In this document: piece by piece, positions 1 through 7,765 of the stretch | Position numbering within the stretch: position 1 is the first letter of the stretch | Layout: each line of letters begins with the position of its first letter | Source: an uncultured Chlamydiales bacterium | GTDB taxonomy: Bacteria; Chlamydiota; Chlamydiia; Chlamydiales; Rhabdochlamydiaceae | Assembly: GCA_963700985.1 (NCBI GenBank) | Contig: OY969554.1 | Location: forward strand, 1 to 64,000 | Direction of reading: 5' to 3' | Length of the DNA stretch: 64,000 nt | Made by a program: the position numbers and the translations under genes | Notes under the pieces: model-generated | The model's database searches: none | The model's input: the letters and a program-made list of their open reading frames with translations, nothing else | What the model was told of the DNA's origin: nothing

Positions 1-2
1 AA

Positions 3-1448
3 AGAGCTGTGCTGGTACTTTCCATGAAAATCCGCCAGATGCCTGGCGAAAATATCGGCATTTTACTTCCTTCAAGTGTTGCGGCTTACATGTTAATTTT
101 AGCCACACTTTTGGCGAAGAAAACACCTGTGATGCTCAATTGGACGGCTGGTGTGCGTTCTTTAGAGCACTGCGCGCAAGTCACACAGCTTCAAAGTGTG
201 ATCAGCTCGATGCGCTTTTTGGGCAGGCGCGACATGGGTGATTTAGGGAAAATTGATGAGATGATCATTCTCTTAGAAGACGTGCGTTTTTCCATCTCAT
301 TGAAAGATAAATTGCATGGGCTTCTGCTCTCAATGCAAAAAGCGCACAAGCTGCTTGAAAAACTAGACCTAAGCCATCTTAATCCCGAGCAACCAGCTGT
401 CATCCTTTTTACCAGTGGCAGTGAAACCCTTCCAAAAGGTGTGCCCCTCTCGCATCAAAACATTCTAAGCAATCAGAGAGGAGCCTTTTCTGGGGTCGAT
501 TTCAATAATGTAGACCTTCTGTATGGGGTGCTGCCTCCATTTCATTCGTTTGGCTTTTCATACACGGGGCTTTTACCTCTTGTAACCGGACTGAAAGTGG
601 CATATGCACCTGACCCGACAGATAGCCATGGGATGGCTTCAGATATCATCCACTGGCAACCGAGCATATTCATTTGCGCACCGAGTTTTATCAAGGCGCT
701 TTTTCGAGCCGCCAAACCAGAACAACTCTCTTCTATTCGTTTGTTTGCTGCAGGGGCTGAGAAAGCCTCTCAAGATCTCTTCGATTATGTCGCGAATTTA
801 GGTCCGGGACATGAGATGATTGAAGGATATGGGATTACAGAATGCAGCCCGATTGTGACCATGAATGAGCCCAAAAAACCGAGAAAAGGCGTGGGCCATC
901 CGATTCCCGGAGTGGAGCTGTGTGTAATCGACACAGACACATTGCAGCTTCTGCCGCCCGGTGAAGACGGAGAGATCTGTATTGCCGGGCCAAACGTTTT
1001 TAAAGGCTATCTCGAGAACCGTCCTTCGCCATTTATTAATCTGCAAGGTAAGCAGTGGTATCGTTCGGGTGATCGGGGGCATCTCGATGCTGAAGGAAAT
1101 CTCTATCTTTCTGGGAGACTTAAGCGTTTTGTGAAGGTGGGTGGAGAGATGATCAGCCTAGGTGGTTTAGAAGAAGAGCTGCTTAGATTGGCCAACCTGA
1201 AGCACTGGGGCGAAATTAAGGCTGAAGGGCCGCCTCTAGCAGTGGCTGTGCGTGAAAAAGAGAGCGAAAAACCTTTACTAGTACTTTTTACCACTTTTGC
1301 GGTGGATAAGGAGGCGGTCAATAGCGCTCTGAAAGAGGGAGGTTTCGGAAAAATTGTAAAGATTGCTGAAGTTCGCCAAATAGAGGGGATCCCCTTGACG
1401 GGCACGGGTAAAACCAACTATCGTCTTCTCGACGAAATGTTAATCTAG
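3..1448 (+). CDS. aas: Aas-type acyl-ACP synthetase / AMP-binding protein, C-terminal part (5' end outside window)
   Basis: ANL motifs LFTSGSETLPKGV, EGYGITE, YRSGDRG, GRLKRFVKVGGEMISL, TGKTNY; frame open to the window edge; directly upstream of cysS. Confidence 0.8.
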   Translation, partial: RAVLVLSMKIRQMPGENIGILLPSSVAAYMLILATLLAKKTPVMLNWTAGVRSLEHCAQVTQLQSVISSMRFLGRRDMGDLGKIDEMIILLEDVRFSISLKDKLHGLLLSMQKAHKLLEKLDLSHLNPEQPAVILFTSGSETLPKGVPLSHQNILSNQRGAFSGVDFNNVDLLYGVLPPFHSFGFSYTGLLPLVTGLKVAYAPDPTDSHGMASDIIHWQPSIFICAPSFIKALFRAAKPEQLSSIRLFAAGAEKASQDLFDYVANLGPGHEMIEGYGITECSPIVTMNEPKKPRKGVGHPIPGVELCVIDTDTLQLLPPGEDGEICIAGPNVFKGYLENRPSPFINLQGKQWYRSGDRGHLDAEGNLYLSGRLKRFVKVGGEMISLGGLEEELLRLANLKHWGEIKAEGPPLAVAVREKESEKPLLVLFTTFAVDKEAVNSALKEGGFGKIVKIAEVRQIEGIPLTGTGKTNYRLLDEMLI

Positions 1449-1455
1449 AGCGCCT

Positions 1456-2874
1456 GTGAACAAAATTTTAAAACTTTACAATACCGAGACGCGTGCCAAA
1501 GAGGAGATCGTAGGTCCTAGCATCAAAATGTACACGTGCGGACCTACCGTTTACAACTTTGCCCACATTGGCAACTTTCGCACGTATGTCTTCGAAGATC
1601 TCTTGCGCCGCACGCTTAAATTCTTTGGCATGAACGTGATTCAAGCCATGAACATCACCGATGTCGAAGATAAGATTATCATGACCGCGCTCGAAAAAGG
1701 GCAGGATCTCGATTCCTTTACGGCTCCTTACATTAAGGCTTTTTTTGAAGATCTGCAGACATTAAAAATTGAAAAAGCTGAGTTTTACCCTCGTGCCACC
1801 GAATACATTCCTGAGATGGTGGAGATCATTCAAAAGCTGCTCGAATCAAAAGTGGCTTATCGCGGTGTCGATAACTGCATTTACTATGCGATTGCTAAAT
1901 TTCCCCGTTATGGGCGTCTTTCTCATTTGCAGCTCGATACACTCAAAGCTGGCGCCTCCGAGCGCCTAAGCCAAGATGAATATGAAAAAGATAATGCAGC
2001 TGATTTTGTCTTGTGGAAGAGTTACGATCCGAAACGCGATGGTAAAGTTTTCTGGGAGACACCGCTTGGCAAAGGCCGTCCAGGCTGGCATATCGAATGT
2101 TCTGCCATGGCTATGAAGGTGCTGGGTGAGACGATTGATATTCATTGTGGTGGCGTAGACAACTTATTTCCCCATCATGAAAATGAGATCGCACAATGCG
2201 AAGCCTGCACCGGGAAGCAATTTGTGCGTCACTGGGCACATTGCGAGCATCTGCACGTCGACAACAAAAAGATGTCCAAAAGCTTAGGCAATTTCTACAC
2301 GCTGCGCGATCTTTTGCAAAAAGGATACAAGGGTGTAGAGGTGCGCTACATGCTGCTGCATACGCACTACCGCACTCAGCTCAACTTTACCTTCGAGGGC
2401 CTAGATGGCATGGTGCACTCATTGGAGCGCCTGGGTGACTTTATCCATCGCCTCGAACTGATCGATACAACCACTCAAGGCAAAGATGTCGCACCGATTC
2501 TTGAAAGGGCAATGCGCGAATTTACCGAAGCTTTGGCTGATGATTTAAACATCTCCGTTGCACTTGCGGCCTTGTTCGAACTCGTGCGTCAAATCAATGT
2601 GCTCTGTGATCAGAATAAGGTGAGCCAAAAAGATGCAGAAGAGACGCTTAAGCTGCTGCGTCAATTTGATCAAGTCTTAGCCATACTTCCACTTGAAAAA
2701 GAAGAAGACGAGATCCCAGAAGAGCTTCAAACGCTGCTAATACAGCGCGAAGAAGCGCGCAAAGCGAAAAACTGGAAGCAATCTGACCAGTGCCGTGATG
2801 CAATTTTAGCCCGGGGATTTATCATCGAAGATACGCCTGCGGGTGCACGTCTAAAGAAAAAGAGGGCATTATGA
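1456..2874 (+). CDS. cysS: Cysteine--tRNA ligase
   Basis: YTCGPTVY, HIGN, GRPGWHIECSAM, HHENE and KMSKS motifs. Confidence 0.98.
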   Translation: MNKILKLYNTETRAKEEIVGPSIKMYTCGPTVYNFAHIGNFRTYVFEDLLRRTLKFFGMNVIQAMNITDVEDKIIMTALEKGQDLDSFTAPYIKAFFEDLQTLKIEKAEFYPRATEYIPEMVEIIQKLLESKVAYRGVDNCIYYAIAKFPRYGRLSHLQLDTLKAGASERLSQDEYEKDNAADFVLWKSYDPKRDGKVFWETPLGKGRPGWHIECSAMAMKVLGETIDIHCGGVDNLFPHHENEIAQCEACTGKQFVRHWAHCEHLHVDNKKMSKSLGNFYTLRDLLQKGYKGVEVRYMLLHTHYRTQLNFTFEGLDGMVHSLERLGDFIHRLELIDTTTQGKDVAPILERAMREFTEALADDLNISVALAALFELVRQINVLCDQNKVSQKDAEETLKLLRQFDQVLAILPLEKEEDEIPEELQTLLIQREEARKAKNWKQSDQCRDAILARGFIIEDTPAGARLKKKRAL

Positions 2875-3134
2875 CGAAATCTGGCACAACTAAAGATGAG
2901 CTGTTTATGATCATGCTCTACAAAATTGCCAATACGCGTGGAGATCAATTTGCCGAAGTAAACCGCTATGAGGTGGGCAAGGCAATCGGTCAAAATGATA
3001 AGGGTGTAAATGCCATCGTGAATTTGCTAGCGCAAGCAAACTTTGTTAAAAAAGGCGAAGAGTCAGCTGTTTATCTCACGCCTCATGGTGTGTCTTTAGT
3101 CGAGCAGCTACTCGAGAACTCTCTCGAACATTAA
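2871..3134 (+). CDS. Small hypothetical protein, possible winged-helix fold
   Basis: ATGA overlap with cysS stop; helix-turn-helix-like segment followed by a wing-like VKKGEESAVYLTPHG. Confidence 0.6.
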   Translation: MTKSGTTKDELFMIMLYKIANTRGDQFAEVNRYEVGKAIGQNDKGVNAIVNLLAQANFVKKGEESAVYLTPHGVSLVEQLLENSLEH

Positions 3135-4329
3135 GCGCCAGCCCCAAGCCGCTTGCGCCTGCAAGCGCGATCCAATACCAGGCGGCTCCCGCCAAACTTC
3201 CCGTTTGTTTAAATGTCCACAAAGCAATCACGAGCGTGGGCCCTCCAAAGAGTTGCGAGCCGATGGCATAGCCGAAAGAGATCAACGTGTATCTATGCGT
3301 CTGCGGAACAAGCTCTTGCATCCAAGCATGGAAAGGCGCAAAAAAAGCTGCGCCGACTAGCACAAAACAGATGCGGATACAAACTACAGTCGCAAATGTC
3401 GCCCCTTGAAGAAGGAGAAAGAGGGGAAGCGCACAGATCATGATAGCAAGCGTCGCTCCGATCATCAGTTTTTCTCTGGAGACTTTGCTGGCGAGCCAAC
3501 CGAAGAGAGGCAGCGCTGCAAAGTCGAGCACCAATAGATAAGAGTTCAATGCGATCATTTGTTCTTTAGCCAGGGGAGAAACAAGAGGCACAAGACCATT
3601 CATTAAAACGAGCGCAATCACATAATTGGCATAGCCCAAACCTGAGACCAAAATAATTAATAGAAGCTGCTTTCGGTAGTTCCAAAAGAGCTGAAAAGTT
3701 TGTGTCAGCGATAGGCCTTGCTGTGGATGAGTGGCGATGACTACATTGCGCCGCATGAGAAAAGCAAAGACTGCAGTCAAACAGCCAAACGCATAAAGAA
3801 GTCGCCAGCCCCACTCGATGATCTGAAGATAACAGAGAAGTGTAGCTCCTAAAGAAGCCAGCAAAATCCCGCCAATTGTTGACGCGTCAAAGAGACTGCT
3901 CAGCATGTCGTGGTGTTTTTTATCCGCATTTTCGAGCAGAAAGATCGCTCCGCCCATCGTTTCGCCTGCGGCTAAGAAATTTTGCAGGATCCTTCCAAAG
4001 CAGAGAAAAAGCGGCGCAAATACGCCGATTTGGGCGTAGGTAGGACAGAGTGCGATCAAGCCTGATAAAAGCGCCATACTGCTCAACGTCAAAACAAGCG
4101 CATTTTTGCGTCCATAGCGATCGCCGATTCTGCCGAATATAATTGATCCGATCGGGCGAGCAAGCATGCCCAGAGGAATCATGGCATAAGTTAAAATCAG
4201 TGCCGTGAGAGGTTCTTGTTTAGGAAAAAAAAGAGGGGCGAGAAAAGGAGAGAGATAGCCAAAGAGCGCGGAATCGTAATGTTCAAAAAGATTCCCTAGC
4301 CAAGCACTCCAAAAACGTAAACGCGACAT
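3076..4329 (-). CDS. MFS transporter (MHS/ProP-like), probable thiamine or thiamine-precursor importer
   Basis: GNLFEHYD, ARPIGSIIFGRIGDRYGRK motif A, GRILQ..AAGE; start placed at ATG 4329 after the RBS CAGGAGAG; TPP riboswitch upstream. Confidence 0.88.
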   Translation of the reverse strand: MSRLRFWSAWLGNLFEHYDSALFGYLSPFLAPLFFPKQEPLTALILTYAMIPLGMLARPIGSIIFGRIGDRYGRKNALVLTLSSMALLSGLIALCPTYAQIGVFAPLFLCFGRILQNFLAAGETMGGAIFLLENADKKHHDMLSSLFDASTIGGILLASLGATLLCYLQIIEWGWRLLYAFGCLTAVFAFLMRRNVVIATHPQQGLSLTQTFQLFWNYRKQLLLIILVSGLGYANYVIALVLMNGLVPLVSPLAKEQMIALNSYLLVLDFAALPLFGWLASKVSREKLMIGATLAIMICALPLFLLLQGATFATVVCIRICFVLVGAAFFAPFHAWMQELVPQTHRYTLISFGYAIGSQLFGGPTLVIALWTFKQTGSLAGAAWYWIALAGASGLGLALNVRESSRVAARLKTHHEA

Positions 4330-4387
4330 AAACTCTCCTGAGATATAAATAAATACGTATATCACCAGGAGGAGTTAATCCTTCTAG

Positions 4388-4490
4388 ATGCACGCTCCCT
4401 ACGCTGGTACGACCCAGATCAGGTAGTGAGGGTTAGAAAAAAGCTTAATTTTTTCCTTTCAGCCAAATTAAATGGCACCCCTGGTGATGC
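4388..4490 (-). promoter_or_regulatory. TPP (THI-box) riboswitch aptamer
   Basis: Minus strand reads CAGGGGTGCCA..TGGCTGAAA-[hairpin]-ACCC..ACCTGATCTGGGTCGTACCAGCGTAGGGA, matching the TPP consensus. Confidence 0.93.
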
Positions 4491-4529
4491 CGAAAATTTT
4501 ATCAAAGATAAGGCCTAAAACTCAAGCTT

Positions 4530-6110
4530 TCAGGTGTCTTCGGGGCGGGTCAGGGGGAAGAAAAGGATATCTTTAATTGTAGAAGAGCCAGTGAAAAGCA
4601 TCACTAGGCGATCTATGCCAATACCTACGCCGCCGGTGGGAGGCATACCTTGACAGATCGCTTCAATAAACTCTTCATCTAGCGGACTTGCTTCTGCATC
4701 ACCCGCGAGCTTTTTCTCGGCCTGGGCAAGTAGAAGCTGACGCTGCAATTCAGGATCATTGAGCTCGGAATAGGAGTTACAGAACTCGTTTCCGTTAATG
4801 AATGTTTCAAAACGCTCAACCACCATTTCAAGACGTTGTTTTGGATCGCGGTGGAGCTTGCAAAGGGGAGTGGTTTCAATCGGATGATCAATGATGTGAT
4901 GCGGTTGAATTAGATGCGATTCAACTAATCCTTTAAATAATTCAGCAATAAGCAAACCGCGGCTCATTTTAGCTACGACTTTGGGATCAGCTGCTGTTTT
5001 CTCTTTTACATGCTGTCTGAGTTGCTCATCAGTGAGCGGATCAACTTCAATTCCTGCATAAACACTGATACTCTCTTTCATGCTGAGCCGCTTCCAAGGA
5101 GCTTTAAGATCGATCTCGACCTCATCATCTCCAGTGTGCGATTTGATTTTGATCTTAGTAGAATTAAACAGACCCAGTGCAATCTCTTCGAACAGCTTTT
5201 CGACAAAGACCATCATGTCGTTGTAATCCCAATAGGCTGCGTAAGCTTCGAGCATGGTAAATTCGGGATTGTGTGTGCGATCGATGCCCTCGTTGCGGAA
5301 GACTTTGCTGATTTCGAAGATGCGCTCCATGCCGCCTACAATCAACTTTTTCAGCGAGATTTCAAGCGAGATACGCAGATACATGTCTTGATCTAGCGCA
5401 TTTAGGTGCGACACGAATGGTTGCGCTTCTGCACCACCATAAATATGTTGCAGGATGGGAGTCTCAACTTCTAAGAAACCATGCTTCTCAAAATAGCCGC
5501 GCACAAAATGCAAGATGCGGCTTCTTAATTGGAAGCGTTGTAAAACTTCCGGATTGCTAATCAGATCCAGCCAGCGTTTGCGATGACGTACACCTGCATC
5601 GGCAAGACCGGCATGTTTATCTGGCAGCGGAAGCAAGGATTTGCAGAGAAGTGTGACTTCCTTTGCAAAAATTGTAAGCTCACCTTTTTGTGTGCGGAAG
5701 AGATGCCCTTCCACGCCCAGGATATCGCCCAGATCGAGCTTTTTTTCGATGAATTTTATCGGCGTGAGTTCTTCTGAACCCTCGAAGCCTTTCACTTTTG
5801 TAAGATCGCGATTGAACATCACCTGCAGACGAGCCGCACCATCTTGGATGTGTGCAAAGGCATTTTTTCCCATCGCACGAAAGAGTACGAGTCTTCCGCC
5901 AATTGAGACTTTCTCAGTGGTGCCGTTGGCTCCATCTTCGCTATGGCCCACTTCTTTATCGATATACTTATCGAGCAGCTCTTGCACAGAAGCTGAAGGC
6001 GTATATTTGTGTGGATAAGGATCGATGCCCAGTGCGCGGATTTCGCCTAACTTAGCCAGGCGGTTGCGAAACTCTTCGTGGCGGTGATACTCAGGTTCTG
6101 GAAAGGTCAT
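4530..6110 (-). CDS. lysS: Lysine--tRNA ligase (class II)
   Basis: OB-fold N-terminus, FLEVETP, GGAEAQPF, FRNEGIDRTHNPEFT, GMPPTGGVGIGIDRL. Confidence 0.98.
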   Translation of the reverse strand: MTFPEPEYHRHEEFRNRLAKLGEIRALGIDPYPHKYTPSASVQELLDKYIDKEVGHSEDGANGTTEKVSIGGRLVLFRAMGKNAFAHIQDGAARLQVMFNRDLTKVKGFEGSEELTPIKFIEKKLDLGDILGVEGHLFRTQKGELTIFAKEVTLLCKSLLPLPDKHAGLADAGVRHRKRWLDLISNPEVLQRFQLRSRILHFVRGYFEKHGFLEVETPILQHIYGGAEAQPFVSHLNALDQDMYLRISLEISLKKLIVGGMERIFEISKVFRNEGIDRTHNPEFTMLEAYAAYWDYNDMMVFVEKLFEEIALGLFNSTKIKIKSHTGDDEVEIDLKAPWKRLSMKESISVYAGIEVDPLTDEQLRQHVKEKTAADPKVVAKMSRGLLIAELFKGLVESHLIQPHHIIDHPIETTPLCKLHRDPKQRLEMVVERFETFINGNEFCNSYSELNDPELQRQLLLAQAEKKLAGDAEASPLDEEFIEAICQGMPPTGGVGIGIDRLVMLFTGSSTIKDILFFPLTRPEDT

Positions 6111-6181
6111 ATGTGTCCAAAAAAAATCCCACTATACCCACCGCTACGCAAAAGTTCAATAGGCTCTTATCAAAGTGCTTA

Positions 6182-6236
6182 CGCCGAGACAAGTCTCGGC
6201 GGGGAAAAGCGGCGACAAGTCGCACGCACTCCAAAA
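6182..6236. repeat. REP-like palindromic repeat, copy A (hairpin plus GCGGCGACAAGTCGCACGCACTCCA arm)
   Basis: Perfect hairpin CGCCGAGAC-AA-GTCTCGGCG at 6182-6201; the arm at 6209-6233 matches 36865-36889 and, reversed, 34232-34250. Confidence 0.7.
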
Positions 6237-6362
6237 AAAGAATAATCTTTGATGCTAATCAAAAATTTACGGATTGATACTATTTTGTTTGTAGGATTAG
6301 TAAATTTTAAAATATAATCGCGCCTCAAAACAAAAGTTTAATATAAGCAAGGAGATATTTAA

Positions 6363-7001
6363 ATGGCATCCGTAACTAGCGCGGGAAGTAATAATACGGA
6401 AGTTTCAGCACAACATCAAACAACTCCAAACGCACCTATGTGGGATAGTGCTAACCCTAATGTTGTACTAGTGAGAAAAGCGGTAGAATTTTTATTTCAA
6501 AATGGAATGAGAGATCCAGCAAAATCCATCGAAGAACATGTAACTACAGACCTAAAAAACACTCTTCAAAAACAGCGCTCCTATCAGCAAGTTTGGAGAG
6601 ACTGCAATACACTTTTTCGCTCGCGTCTAGAAGCCCCCGTGATTATGGGCTATGCCGCCTTGCACGGAGTAAATTTTATCCAAGTTGATGATGTAGATTC
6701 AAATGATGGCAGCTTCGAAAGAAGTGTATCTAGTGAATTACAGGTGACGCCTGAGGATGCTGAACTCTTGCATAAAGTTACGGGCTGCTTGCTTGAACTG
6801 GAGCGTAGGACAGAAGAGGAGTCGCTTGATACGCTAATTGAAAGAGAGATCGTTAACACTTTTGAATTATCACGTACAAAAGAGGCTGTGATCGAAGATT
6901 GTCACGCGCTCTTAAGCGCCAAGGAAGCGCTCGGTCTTACAACAGAGGAGATCGACGCGTATGCTGACTTGCATGGGGTTCCTGATCTAGGTATCGGGTG
7001 A
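6363..7001 (+). CDS. Hypothetical protein with two copies of an unrecognised ~65-70-aa domain; candidate secreted effector
   Basis: RBS AAGGAG; Ser/Thr/Asn-rich N-terminus; internal repeat ending YAxLHG. Confidence 0.8.
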   Translation: MASVTSAGSNNTEVSAQHQTTPNAPMWDSANPNVVLVRKAVEFLFQNGMRDPAKSIEEHVTTDLKNTLQKQRSYQQVWRDCNTLFRSRLEAPVIMGYAALHGVNFIQVDDVDSNDGSFERSVSSELQVTPEDAELLHKVTGCLLELERRTEEESLDTLIEREIVNTFELSRTKEAVIEDCHALLSAKEALGLTTEEIDAYADLHGVPDLGIG

Positions 7002-7157
7002 AAGGGACGAGATGGACAGTACAAGTTGTTTCGAAATCATTCTGCCTAAGGGTTTTACGTCGTAAAGCTTTTAATTATATAAATATTATTTTAAAGATGT
7101 CATTATTAATTAATTTTTGATAAAATGTATCTTTGTTAATTACTAATTGGAGTTTTT

Positions 7158-7754
7158 ATGTCAGCAATAGGTGGAACACCCGCATTCAATCCAGAGACAC
7201 ATACAAGAGTTCAAGTGGCTCATTGCGCTATGCAAAGGACTAATCCGGATGGCAGTGTCACGGTTATTCCGAGTCGGCTTGAGACTATCATTGAGGAGAA
7301 GCAAGCAGCGCCGGATTTTAGCGCGATGTCGCTGGCTACGTTGTCGAATATAGTAACTCCCGGAACCTTGGCTTCGACCAAAAAAATTGTGACCTATTTA
7401 GCTAAAGTTGGATTGCGCTCCGCTTCAGTTTCTGCGGATGAACTTCTAAGAGCAGAATTACTAAACATGTTCCAAAAGACGCGATCTAAGGAACAGGTTA
7501 CGAAAGATTGTGCGAAGCTGGCGTGTAGTGGCACTCTTCTGGATCGAGGCAGTCTGACTGTGTTTGATGCAGGAGAAATTATGAGTTATGCACACGTGCA
7601 TGGTGGATGCTCTTTTGAAGTTTTTGATAATCCCTCTTCAGATGCAGAAAGGACGGATGATACGAGTTTGTATCTCACCGTGAATGGATTCCAAAGGTGT
7701 ATATCTTTTACAGGTAATGTTGCGCATCTTTTCGGAATTAGTTGGAATCCGTAA
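7158..7754 (+). CDS. Hypothetical protein, paralog of 6363..7001 (one domain copy)
   Basis: RBS GGAG; shares the K..L..R..S..N..R..DC..YAxxHG motif with the upstream gene. Confidence 0.8.
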   Translation: MSAIGGTPAFNPETHTRVQVAHCAMQRTNPDGSVTVIPSRLETIIEEKQAAPDFSAMSLATLSNIVTPGTLASTKKIVTYLAKVGLRSASVSADELLRAELLNMFQKTRSKEQVTKDCAKLACSGTLLDRGSLTVFDAGEIMSYAHVHGGCSFEVFDNPSSDAERTDDTSLYLTVNGFQRCISFTGNVAHLFGISWNP

Positions 7755-7765
7755 TAGAGTTTTTT

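Noticed and set aside
3076-3134. 59-bp tail-to-tail overlap of the MFS gene and the small gene after cysS
   Set aside because: Short convergent overlaps are common; no evidence of antisense function
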